From NCBI GenBank assembly GCA_041749615.1, contig JBGTAZ010000355.1:1-58219 (forward strand): a stretch of DNA of 58,219 nucleotides, given 5' to 3'. Below are positions 8,488 to 17,792 of the stretch, piece after piece. The DNA is from Leptolyngbyaceae cyanobacterium (GTDB lineage: Bacteria > Cyanobacteriota > Cyanobacteriia > Leptolyngbyales > Leptolyngbyaceae). Positions within the stretch are counted from its first letter, which is position 1. The number at the start of each line of letters is the position of its first letter. The notes under the pieces were generated by a model that ran no database searches, was not told the origin of the DNA, and was given only the letters and a program-made list of their open reading frames with translations. The translations under genes were made by a program, and so were the position numbers.

Positions 8488-10127
8488 CTCCTAAAGAAAA
8501 AGAAGAGGTCTACCAAAAACTGAGGCAGTGGCAAAATGATACGGGGTTGCTCGGTGTGGAGCCATCTGCGGGTCGGCTGCAATCTAAGTCTCGTCAAAAG
8601 GATCTAAAACTCTATGAACAGTTGCTAGAAAGCATGTTGGCAGAAGCACGGGATCGACAGGCTCCATTGCGCGATCGCGATCGCCATGAACTTCAAGCCC
8701 TCCAGCAAGTGCTGCACCTACCCGACGAGGATGTAGCAGACATTGCACGCCGTTTGGATGTTCAATCAGTTCAATCAGCCAAAACGGTTTTGCCCACTGG
8801 TTTGCCCACTGATTCGCCCACTGATTCGCCCACTGGTTTTCCTAAGAGGGATGCTACTCCAACCCGTTCACCGTCAAGCTTTAATCCGCCCATTTCAATC
8901 CCATCTACAGAAATTCCATCTACACAAATTCCATCCACACAAATTCCATCTACAGAAATTCCATCTACAGAAATTCCATCCACACAAATCCCACCTACAG
9001 AAATCCAAATTCCTTCTACGGAGATGCCTTCATCTGCCGCTGATGAGGTGAACCAGCCAGCCAATCTAACGGGCGTAAAAGGGCAGATAGTCAAACGCAA
9101 AATGGAGGTAGAAGGCGCTAGCCCACCTAGTGGTGCTCCCGCTGGTGATCAATCCGCATCGCAAAAAAGCGTCAGCCCGACAGCGACCGAGATGTCTGCT
9201 GGGGCTGCAATTTCTGCGGATAAACCCGTCGATTCCGCTCCAAAATCTTCTGCCTTGTTGCCTGCCGAAGCGGTTGACGCAGGAAAAAAACCTCCAAAAG
9301 GCGATCGCCTTCCATTGCTGATTACCCTGGGATTGCCTTTGGTTCTGTTGGGAGTCATTGGCGGCAGTTGGCTAGCCGTTCGTCAGTGGAATACAGTTCC
9401 GCCTAACCCAAAACTAGCTCGGCAATTTGTTGAGTCGGGCAACCAAAAAAATCAGCAAAGACAGTATGCCGCAGCGATTCAGGATTTTGATCAGGCGATT
9501 CGCTTTAACCCGCAAGATGCCGCTACATTTCTCAATCGCGGGTTTGCCCATCATCGAATGGGGCGGCTAAGTGCGGCAGTGGATGATTACACCAAGGCGC
9601 TGAACCTTAACAAAAGCTTTGCGGAAGCCTACAGCAACCGCAGTCATGCCCACTTTGACCAACGACAACAGGATGCGGCGCTACAAGATGCGGCTCAGGC
9701 GATCGCCCTCCAACCCACCCTGGCGGTTGCCCATTTAAACTTGGGTAATGCCTTGTTTGCTCAGAAGAATTTGGATGGTGCGTTCCAAAAGTTCACTAAA
9801 ACGCTTCAACTCAATCCATCCAACATGATTGCGGCAAGGGCACACAACAATCAGGGCAACGTTTTTGCCAACCATAAAAAAATTGATGAGGCAATTCAGG
9901 CTTATACCCAAGCGATCCAACTGGATGTGACCTATGCGGATGCTTTTTTTAACCGGGCACTCGCGTTTTATCAGAAGGGGAATCGTCAAGGGGCGATCGA
10001 TGACTTTAGAGAAGCTGCCAACCTTTACAACGGGGAGGGCAACACTGGGATGAGCGACACCGCAAAACGCCGAATCGAACAATTGCAAAAAAGCCCTACG
10101 CCTACACCTTCTGTTCGAGCCATTTAG
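8484..10127 (+). CDS. Membrane-anchored TPR protein with N-terminal orthocaspase-type helical repeats and a Pro/Ser/Thr linker
   Basis: LKLYEQLL...LQALQQVLHLPDEDV repeat, PST(E/Q)I repeats, TM LLITLGLPLVLLGVIGG, about 6 TPRs (AYSNR, AHLNLGNAL, AHNNQGNVF, AFFNRAL); ATGA overlap with the upstream ORF. Confidence 0.85.
   Translation: MTPKEKEEVYQKLRQWQNDTGLLGVEPSAGRLQSKSRQKDLKLYEQLLESMLAEARDRQAPLRDRDRHELQALQQVLHLPDEDVADIARRLDVQSVQSAKTVLPTGLPTDSPTDSPTGFPKRDATPTRSPSSFNPPISIPSTEIPSTQIPSTQIPSTEIPSTEIPSTQIPPTEIQIPSTEMPSSAADEVNQPANLTGVKGQIVKRKMEVEGASPPSGAPAGDQSASQKSVSPTATEMSAGAAISADKPVDSAPKSSALLPAEAVDAGKKPPKGDRLPLLITLGLPLVLLGVIGGSWLAVRQWNTVPPNPKLARQFVESGNQKNQQRQYAAAIQDFDQAIRFNPQDAATFLNRGFAHHRMGRLSAAVDDYTKALNLNKSFAEAYSNRSHAHFDQRQQDAALQDAAQAIALQPTLAVAHLNLGNALFAQKNLDGAFQKFTKTLQLNPSNMIAARAHNNQGNVFANHKKIDEAIQAYTQAIQLDVTYADAFFNRALAFYQKGNRQGAIDDFREAANLYNGEGNTGMSDTAKRRIEQLQKSPTPTPSVRAI
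8899..9020 (+). repeat. 15-bp coding tandem repeat (PSTEI/PSTQI, about 7 units)
   Basis: Repeated ccatctacagaaatt / ccatccacacaaatt units. Confidence 0.85.
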
Positions 10128-10477
10128 CGATCGCCTTTGTAGGGAGACACTCCACAACCCGGCTCCACACCCTTCAGGCTTTGTCCTCTCATCCAAAAAA
10201 AGTCCGAAACCCTCTCCGTTTGCACCAAGAAGGTTTCGAGCCGATGTTTTGGAGAGCAAGGGACGTGAAAATTCACCCTTACTTCATATCCTTAGTCGTT
10301 AAGCTTCATCAGGTTGTTCCGGAAAACAGGCGAAATAATAGAAAAACTTAGCAAATGTGAATCATGGTGCTTGATTTGGCGTGATGTAGCGCGTTGGAGT
10401 TCTTTGTGGTGCTCCCGCGCCATCTGCTCACCCTGGCAATCGTTTTTTGTCATTACTCAACCTGCGGATGTGTTCCT

Positions 10478-12649
10478 ATGTCAAATGTGGTCTCCCCTGC
10501 AATTGTTCACTCCCCTGGACTCAACCCATCTCTCGATGGACGCTACCTAATCAATGAGGTTTTAGCGACTCGTCTTTGGGGTCGCACCTATCTTGCCCAC
10601 GATTTGCGCCGTCCTAGCCAGTCGGAGTGCATCATTCACCACTTTAAACAGATTCCAGAAATACCAAACTATGCTGCATTAGTCCGCAGCCTATTTGCCA
10701 AAGAAGCGGCGATGTTAGAAGTGTTTGGGATGCATGAACAAATACCTCAGTTGTTGGCTTGCTTTGAGGATGAGGATGGATTTTACGTGGTGCAAGAGTT
10801 TGTGGAGGGGCGATCGCTGAGCCAAGAATTGACCCCTGACGTACCTTGGAGCGATCAGCAGGTCGTAACGTTATTGCGAGAGGTACTGGAACCTCTGTCA
10901 TTCATTCATGATCGCGGTGGGCTGCACGGAAACATCAAGCCAGACAACATTCTAAGACGGAAAAATGGTCAGCTAGTACTGATTGATTTTGGCAGTATGC
11001 CGCAGATTCAGCGAGAGTGCTTGTTTGCTTACGGCTTAGAAGGCGATCTAACGCATTTATCAGAACCAGGATATCAACCTGTAGAGCAACTTCAAGGATT
11101 GCCTTGCGCCGCTAGCGATGTGTATGCGGTTGGGATGATTGCTGCCCAAGCGCTGACGGGCAAACATCCCACCCAGTTTCAAATTGATCCGCAGTCGGGT
11201 GAGGTGTTGTGGCTGTCTCACTATGAAGAGGCGGTTACTGTCATCAATCGCGGGTTGGTGGGGGTTGTGAATGGGATGGTGCAGGGAGATGTATCGCGGC
11301 GGTTTGGCTCGGCAAGGGAAGCCCTTCAGGCAGTGCAGACGGTGGTCGGTTTTTCTCGAAATGGAGCGCGATCGCCCGTGGGAAGCCGTTCATTCGATCC
11401 TCCGATTACGGTTACCGTTCCTGCAATAGTGCCCCATCCCCAAACGGGGATCACTGGCAGCGATCGCGAACCGATCGCAACGCCGGTTACGAATCAGCCT
11501 TTTTTGTTAGCGCGATTGTTGATTGGCGCGATCGCGAATCCATCTGTGCGAATCGGTGTTGGCGGCACTGCTGTGACCGCGATCGTCACTGCCATTGGCT
11601 GGAATTTGTTGAACTCAGTCAACGGGTCACAACCGAACCCCATGCTGGAGACGGTCAGCAAAAAACTGCAAAAGGCTCAGCATCCGGTGCAGGCTGGGCT
11701 AGCAACCCCTGAGCGGGTGCAGACTGGCTCAGGGGCGTGGCTGCAAGATTGGACTCGTGCAACCCAAACTATTCAGCAAGCCGAACAAGCCTTAGACCGG
11801 GGTGATTGGTCAGAAGTGCGCCAGATCACTCAGTCTATGTCTACCCAGATTCCCTACTGGCAGGATCAGGGTAAGGCGTTAGAAAAACAAGTCATCGCCA
11901 AGGCGGAGGCGGATTCTAAAAATCTGCTGCAAACTGCCTACGATCGCGCTCAAGACCATGACTTTACGGCGGCATTAACCACGCTGAAGCAAATTATGCC
12001 GGAAACCACTGCCGGGGCGATCGCCCGATCCAAAATGGCTGAATACACTGCAAAACGAGCCGTTAAAGCCCAAGCAGACCTCCAAAAAGCGTACGACCGC
12101 GCTATCCTGCGAGATTTTAGCCAAGCCTTGACCTATTTAGGGCAAATTCCTCAAGGGACTCCGGCTTCCGCGATCGCTCAGCAAAAAGTGGTGGAATATT
12201 CTCGTAAGGCACAAATTCGCGCCCAGTTAATGCTCCAAGCGGCGGCTGATTATGCCCAACAGCAAAACTTTGTGGCGGCGCTGACCGCTCTCGAAAAAAT
12301 TCCCAGTGGCACATTGGTAGACGACGTGATTGAGCAAAAACTGACAGACTACACGGCAAAACTAAACCAGCAAGCAGCCCAGTGGTTGCAACAAGCCGAT
12401 ATTGAAGCGGCTAGTGGACGCAAAGCAATCGCGATCGCATTTCTACAAAAAGTCCCGATTGGCACTCTAGCGTATGCTCAAGCCCGCGAACAACTCGCCG
12501 CGATTCTCCATCGGAGAGGCTACGCCACCGCTCAAGACTCGATGGTCAATTCGCGCAATTTTAATCCTGTAAGTTCCACTACACCAATCCAAAATTTAAA
12601 TCCTGGCACCTATCTACGAGAAGCCGCTCCCCTGATAGCGCTGTTATAA
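10478..12649 (+). CDS. Membrane Ser/Thr protein kinase-like protein (probable pseudokinase) with C-terminal helical repeats
   Basis: Pkn2-type fold (LDGRYLI, HEQIPQLLACFE, VQEFVEG, LIDFG, SDVYAVG) but LHGNIKPDN and CIIHHF; TM near VGGTAVTAIVTAIGW; about 4 AYDRA...QIP repeats. ATG at 10478 preferred over TTG at 10394. Confidence 0.88.
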   Translation: MSNVVSPAIVHSPGLNPSLDGRYLINEVLATRLWGRTYLAHDLRRPSQSECIIHHFKQIPEIPNYAALVRSLFAKEAAMLEVFGMHEQIPQLLACFEDEDGFYVVQEFVEGRSLSQELTPDVPWSDQQVVTLLREVLEPLSFIHDRGGLHGNIKPDNILRRKNGQLVLIDFGSMPQIQRECLFAYGLEGDLTHLSEPGYQPVEQLQGLPCAASDVYAVGMIAAQALTGKHPTQFQIDPQSGEVLWLSHYEEAVTVINRGLVGVVNGMVQGDVSRRFGSAREALQAVQTVVGFSRNGARSPVGSRSFDPPITVTVPAIVPHPQTGITGSDREPIATPVTNQPFLLARLLIGAIANPSVRIGVGGTAVTAIVTAIGWNLLNSVNGSQPNPMLETVSKKLQKAQHPVQAGLATPERVQTGSGAWLQDWTRATQTIQQAEQALDRGDWSEVRQITQSMSTQIPYWQDQGKALEKQVIAKAEADSKNLLQTAYDRAQDHDFTAALTTLKQIMPETTAGAIARSKMAEYTAKRAVKAQADLQKAYDRAILRDFSQALTYLGQIPQGTPASAIAQQKVVEYSRKAQIRAQLMLQAAADYAQQQNFVAALTALEKIPSGTLVDDVIEQKLTDYTAKLNQQAAQWLQQADIEAASGRKAIAIAFLQKVPIGTLAYAQAREQLAAILHRRGYATAQDSMVNSRNFNPVSSTTPIQNLNPGTYLREAAPLIALL

Positions 12650-12736
12650 AATGAGAATTGCTGATTTCTATTCTATTTCCTTGCACTTCGCTACCGTTAT
12701 TTGTTAAGTTGGTTAAGCGTTAAATTGCGCGGTTTC

Positions 12737-12809
<73 letters not shown>

Positions 12810-12826
12810 TTCAACTAAATCAAGCG

Positions 12827-12860
12827 AAAAGCCCTGAGTTCAAGTAATTCAGGGCTTTTT
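12827..12860. terminator. Bidirectional intrinsic terminator between tRNA-Phe and ribD
   Basis: aaaagccctgagtt...aattcagggcttttt stem with A and T tails between convergent genes. Confidence 0.75.
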
Positions 12861-12880
12861 GTTATAAATGTCACGCTCGG

Positions 12881-14017
12881 TTAGCGCGGGGGCAGTTTGG
12901 TTTTGGCTTCCGGCAAGTATCCTTGAATCAGCAAATCTGAACCGATCGCTCGCCAACTGACCGACTCCAGGGTGAGGGCTTCTGTCATTTTTTGCAGCCC
13001 TAAGTCGCCGACCGGAGAAGGGGCTGAAACTCCGCCGATGATTTTGGGGGCAATAAAGGCAAGGACTTTTTGCACAGACCCTTCAGCGATCGCACGGGCT
13101 GCCAACGTGCCGCCACATTCCCATAGCACTGTTAACAAACCGCGATCGTAGAGGTGCGCCATGACTGGGCTAGGACTGAGGGCTTCTAGCTCCACCACTT
13201 CCACACCGCGCTGTCTCAATTCAGCTTGAAATGCAGGTCGAACGCCAACTTGAGTAAAGACCAGGGTAGACGCAACGCTGGTCTTCCAGACATTGGCGGA
13301 GTCTGGCAGATCCAATGTGCGGCTCATGATCACCCGTAGCGGGGTTTGACCTGGTTGGCGACTGGTGAGTAAGGGATCATCTGCGCGAACGGTGTTTCCG
13401 CCCACAATCACAGCATCGCAGGTTGCCCTCAGTTGATGAACTTCGCCACGCGCCGCTTCACTGGTGACCCAGGCGCTATGTCGAGTCACCGCAGCAATTT
13501 TGCCATCTAAGGTCATGGCATATTTCAAAATGCCAAAGGGTCGATGGTGCAGAATGCGATGCACAAAGGCTTCGTTCAATATTTGACAGGCAGGTTCTTC
13601 CATGCCAACAGAAACCTCAATGCCAGCCTGTTTGAGGCGATCGCTGCCTGTCCCCGCAACTTGAGGGTTGGGATCGATCATGCCAATCACAACCCGCCGG
13701 ATTCCGGCAGCAATCACCGCTTCTGAGCAGGGTGGTGTGCGTCCATAGTGATTGCAGGGTTCTAGGTTGACATATAACGTTGCGCCTTGAGCGCGATCGC
13801 CTGCCTGTCGTAACGCAAACACTTCTGCATGGGGTTCGCCTGCCTTCGGATGAAAGCCTTCTCCCACGATCGCGCCATTGTTCACAATCACGCAGCCCAC
13901 CAAGGGATTGGGAGCCGTTTTGCCTGTCGCTTGCCGCGCCAATTCTAAACAACGCTGCATCATGGCACGGTCAATCATGGCACGGTCAGTCATGGCACGA
14001 TCAGTGTTTTCAGTCAT
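12881..14017 (-). CDS. ribD: Bifunctional riboflavin biosynthesis deaminase/reductase RibD
   Basis: PNPLVGCV, HAEV, LEPCNHYGRTPPC, KYAMTLDGKIA, ECGGTL; N-terminal 15-bp repeat (DRAMT/DRAMI). Confidence 0.96.
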   Translation of the reverse strand: MTENTDRAMTDRAMIDRAMMQRCLELARQATGKTAPNPLVGCVIVNNGAIVGEGFHPKAGEPHAEVFALRQAGDRAQGATLYVNLEPCNHYGRTPPCSEAVIAAGIRRVVIGMIDPNPQVAGTGSDRLKQAGIEVSVGMEEPACQILNEAFVHRILHHRPFGILKYAMTLDGKIAAVTRHSAWVTSEAARGEVHQLRATCDAVIVGGNTVRADDPLLTSRQPGQTPLRVIMSRTLDLPDSANVWKTSVASTLVFTQVGVRPAFQAELRQRGVEVVELEALSPSPVMAHLYDRGLLTVLWECGGTLAARAIAEGSVQKVLAFIAPKIIGGVSAPSPVGDLGLQKMTEALTLESVSWRAIGSDLLIQGYLPEAKTKLPPR

Positions 14018-14062
14018 CTAGAGCGCTAACCGAAGGAACTATTTTCAGATCCTAGACCGAAT

Positions 14063-17053
14063 CTAGAGGTCACTACATCGATCAAGCCAATCTTGATAGG
14101 ATTGGGTGAGGCTACTGTCATCCAATTCAATCTCAATCCGAATGCTTTTGCACCGATGGCGCAGGGTTTTAGCGATCGCGTCTATCACGGCGCTAGCAGT
14201 TTTAGGCGATTTAAACTCACCGCTCACCGTTGGTTTTCCGGCTACTGCGGGCATCTCAGTTTCGCTGAAAGTGCCTTGGCTCAGGTCAACTTCTGCCAGC
14301 GTTTTTTGCTCTGGGCTAACCTGCTCAATTACCAAAACTTCATAGCGAACCGGCACCTGAATCATGCGCGTCTCAATCTTTTTGCGAATGATTACTTCCC
14401 CAACTTTGCGCCGCTCATATTCCACTTGCAACCGTTCTTCTAGCAACGGCACCATCTCATCTAGAGAGGCAAGCCTGGGTTCTGAGTTTGGCTGAATCGA
14501 TAAATTGGGACTGGAAGCGATCGCCTCAGATATGCTGAATGCGGCATCATTCAAGTCCTGTGCTTCCTGAGCGAGACCATCGCTCATCTCTGAAATATCT
14601 GCAATTTCTAGAGGTTGTGTTTCCTCAGCCGGGGGAGACGAGAGCTTGCCTGATCCCCCTGCCGTTAACCCCGCTAAACCCGCCAAGATGCCAGATGCCG
14701 CTGCCATCCCTGCCGCTGAATCTACAAATCCCATGGTAGGGGTGGAAAAATTGAACCCGTCTGAGACCCCTTCTAAATTATCGACCGGATTGTCAAACAA
14801 GCTATCTAGAGCCAAATCCCTGGTTTCAAGCTCAGAGCCTAAATCTGTCAGACCCTCCAAGTCTCCCTCTTCCACAAAAGATAAATCGGCAACACTGCCA
14901 AACGTGTCAGTCAGATCGGTTGTAGGCAGGTTATCTATTGTAGGCAGGTTATCGGTGGGCAAATCATCTGTAAATTCAAGATCAGTCAGGCTGGCAATGG
15001 TTTCTGGTTCAGGTTCAAAGCGATCGCTCTGAAGAGTGACTTCGCTCATGTCACTGGCTTCTGCGATCGCAAACTCATTTGCCCCAAACTCATCTGTCCC
15101 AAACTCATCTGCCCCAAACTCATCTGCCCCAAACCCATCTGCCCCGAACCCATCTGCCCCAAACTCATCTGCCAAGGATAAATCTACGTCAAAGGCGGTA
15201 TCAAGCTCTAAATTTCCCCCATCGTCGGTACTGCTAGACGTGATCTCGTCTGTGGGCACCTCTACAAATGAAGTGGGGATCTCACTCACACTTAAATCCA
15301 CGATTGGTGCAGACTGCTCAACAAAATCTGAGAAGTTATCATCCAGCGAAAGATCTAACTCAGCTAGGGGCGCGATCGCTTCAGTGTCAAGATCCAAACC
15401 AGTGTCAAGATCTAAACCAGTGTCAAGATCCAAGCCAGTTGATTCAGTTGCCAATAGATCTAGATTCGCTAACTCTCCTGCCAATTCCAATTCAAGTTCG
15501 TTACTTGGTTCCGTTTGAGGCTGATCGAAAGAATCATTAAGGTTCAGTTCAAACAACTCGTCTGTTTCGGTCTCTTCAGTCCACGACAAGGCTGGGTCGG
15601 CGTTACCAAAACTTTCATTTAGGCTCAAATCTAAATCGGGAACCTGATCGGCTAAGTTGGCAGCAGCGATTGGGGCATCTGGGAACCCAAAATCATCCAA
15701 AGCCGCTTCTGAAAGTGGATCGCGATCGGTCAAGCTCTCAAGCGTGAAATCAATGGTAGACCCAGCTTCGCCAAAATCGGATGGCAGCAGAAATTCTTCA
15801 GCATTCTCAGTCAGGATCTCTACTGAAAAATCATTTGCCAATGAACTCATATCGGGCAAGTCTTCCAGTTCACTTGTGAGATCCGCCTCAACTAATGGGT
15901 TTAATGCACCGATAGAAAGGGTGTCAATAGGTTGAGAAGCCTGTTCCCACGAGGCAAATCCGGGGTCTGAGATCTCGGTTGCTTCAGAACGTGAAAAAGA
16001 TGGAGTTGAAAAAGATGGAGTTTCTAACTCATCGCTAGAAAAATCAGGTAAGGATGAAGTTTCTAACTCATCGCTAGAAAAATCGGGTAGAGACAGGGCT
16101 TCGGAGGAAAGGGCGTAGTCTGAACTAGGCTGGGCCGTAGGGCTGACTAAATCAGACCAATCATCCAGAGAATTATCGGCAGTGATGAATTCTGAAGCGG
16201 ATTCGCTTTCCACTGAAAGCCCTTCTAAAGGCGAAAGCTCTAATTCTGACAGTTCAGGAAGTTCTAACGAAGTTGCCAGATCGTTGCGATCGCTTGCGAA
16301 CCAATCATCATCTAGAGATTCTAAGGATTCCATTGATGACATCTCAACCGAGGCGGCAAAATCATCGGCGGGTTCGGCAAACAGTGAGTCTGATGTGAAT
16401 GAGTCTTCTAAGTTGTCGTCTAAATTGTCGTTTAGCGTAGCGAAATCATCAGTGGGTTCGGCAAACAGTGGATCTAATGTGAATAAGTCGTCTTCTAGCG
16501 AAATGGGATCTTCTAGTGAAATGGGATCTTCGATTGGAGAAGGGGTGCTATTGCTGGCGATCGCGCTTCCTCCCATTAACGCTGCCGCCGCTGCCGCCGC
16601 CGCACTATAGGACAACACTGCTGGATCGGAAGGTGGAGGTGTGGAAGTGTTGAATTCGGCGCGATTGCTAGATTCTAACGACGTATCTTCTGGCAAAAAG
16701 TATTCTGGCAAAAAGTCAACATCGGCTTTGACGATATCAACAAATACCACCTGAGTCTGAACGCTAACCTTTTTGATCCGACGACCATTGAGTAAAACGG
16801 GTGGTTTATTCTCCGCCGCGCTCGATGGGGCAATGACTAAATTAAGCTGATGAGTCTCATCTAAAATTAGGTCTTGAATTTCACCGATGGGCTGACCTAG
16901 CTCATCCATCACTGTGAAATTGTTCAGCTTACTTTTCAAATTTTTGAGATTGTCCATCAAGGCGGTGATGCGAACAGTTTCGTCGCGCTCAGTGCGATCG
17001 CGATCCAATCTGTCTAACGATTCTGCGGGGTTGGGAGAAGATGGATGAGTCAT
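14063..17053 (-). CDS. PRC-barrel + long acidic low-complexity region + YsnF/AvaK (DUF2382) domain protein
   Basis: N-terminal FTVMDELGQPIGEIQDLILD (PRC-like); C-terminal LLEERLQVEYERRKVGEVIIRKKIETRMIQVPVRYE (DUF2382-like); D/E-rich middle with FGADE and LDLDTG repeats. Confidence 0.8.
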   Translation of the reverse strand: MTHPSSPNPAESLDRLDRDRTERDETVRITALMDNLKNLKSKLNNFTVMDELGQPIGEIQDLILDETHQLNLVIAPSSAAENKPPVLLNGRRIKKVSVQTQVVFVDIVKADVDFLPEYFLPEDTSLESSNRAEFNTSTPPPSDPAVLSYSAAAAAAAALMGGSAIASNSTPSPIEDPISLEDPISLEDDLFTLDPLFAEPTDDFATLNDNLDDNLEDSFTSDSLFAEPADDFAASVEMSSMESLESLDDDWFASDRNDLATSLELPELSELELSPLEGLSVESESASEFITADNSLDDWSDLVSPTAQPSSDYALSSEALSLPDFSSDELETSSLPDFSSDELETPSFSTPSFSRSEATEISDPGFASWEQASQPIDTLSIGALNPLVEADLTSELEDLPDMSSLANDFSVEILTENAEEFLLPSDFGEAGSTIDFTLESLTDRDPLSEAALDDFGFPDAPIAAANLADQVPDLDLSLNESFGNADPALSWTEETETDELFELNLNDSFDQPQTEPSNELELELAGELANLDLLATESTGLDLDTGLDLDTGLDLDTEAIAPLAELDLSLDDNFSDFVEQSAPIVDLSVSEIPTSFVEVPTDEITSSSTDDGGNLELDTAFDVDLSLADEFGADGFGADGFGADEFGADEFGTDEFGANEFAIAEASDMSEVTLQSDRFEPEPETIASLTDLEFTDDLPTDNLPTIDNLPTTDLTDTFGSVADLSFVEEGDLEGLTDLGSELETRDLALDSLFDNPVDNLEGVSDGFNFSTPTMGFVDSAAGMAAASGILAGLAGLTAGGSGKLSSPPAEETQPLEIADISEMSDGLAQEAQDLNDAAFSISEAIASSPNLSIQPNSEPRLASLDEMVPLLEERLQVEYERRKVGEVIIRKKIETRMIQVPVRYEVLVIEQVSPEQKTLAEVDLSQGTFSETEMPAVAGKPTVSGEFKSPKTASAVIDAIAKTLRHRCKSIRIEIELDDSSLTQSYQDWLDRCSDL
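15076..15172 (-). repeat. 15-bp coding tandem repeat FGAD(E/G), about 6-7 units
   Basis: Plus-strand units of (g/t)ccccaaactcatct. Confidence 0.85.
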
Positions 17054-17114
17054 TGTTTGGCGTTTTAAAGGGGATAACGGTCAGTCCACCAGGGCTTGGG
17101 ATGAAATGGATACT

Positions 17115-17360
17115 TTAGTCAGTTGTTTGGTCAGCCAAGTAGTGTTCAATGGGCAGATTTTCTCGAACCACGGTTTGTCGATGAAACAGCGGCATCTCGG
17201 CGTAAAGCTCAACGCGAATCACCTCATTTTCCTGTAAGGCTGATTGATTTATCAAGGTTAAACGCTCTGAGGGGATTGGAGTCTCTGATTGCTGGAATGG
17301 CGGCTGTTCAGAATCGGACAGCGCTGGAGTAAAACTATCGGAAAGATTGGGTTGAGTCAT
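17115..17360 (-). CDS. Small protein with a partial YsnF/AvaK (DUF2382)-like segment
   Basis: LQENEVIRVELYAEMPLFHRQTVVRENL resembles the DUF2382 C-terminal strand; co-oriented just upstream of the large DUF2382 gene. Confidence 0.5.
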   Translation of the reverse strand: MTQPNLSDSFTPALSDSEQPPFQQSETPIPSERLTLINQSALQENEVIRVELYAEMPLFHRQTVVRENLPIEHYLADQTTD

Positions 17361-17792
17361 GCTGCTTGCTTTTCCTTGATTGAATTGAACAAGCGATCGC
17401 GAAGAATCGTTCTAAAAATTTATTAATTAAATCCCATTCAAAGGGCTTTGCGATCGCAAATGCCACATTCACTGTTTTTGAGAAGAGTGATTTTAGCCAT
17501 TTCAACGGGTGTAGCTGGGAAATTTTGCTTTTCAACAGCAAAATCATTTGCTCTATTCATTTACCCAAATAGCCACTAGCTTAATGACTCCTAAAGGTAG
17601 TTACTATGATATTAAAGATTCGCGATTCAGGCGTTTTCTTGGAATAAGTCGGTCAAAATGTTTCGAGATGTTCATTAAGTTTTATTGATTACTCCTTAAA
17701 AGTTGTTTAAGCGCGCTGAAAAATTTGTTTGTCCTAATTTATTAACGATTTAGACAGAGTTCCCCAAAAAATAGGAAATTTGTCATTTAGAG

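Noticed and set aside
14093-16610. Ser-rich plus-strand ORFs opposite the acidic protein
   Set aside because: Antisense artefacts of low-complexity coding sequence.
17335-17547. 70-aa minus-strand ORF
   Set aside because: AT-rich promoter-like region with no motifs; overlaps the next ORF's start. Not supportable.
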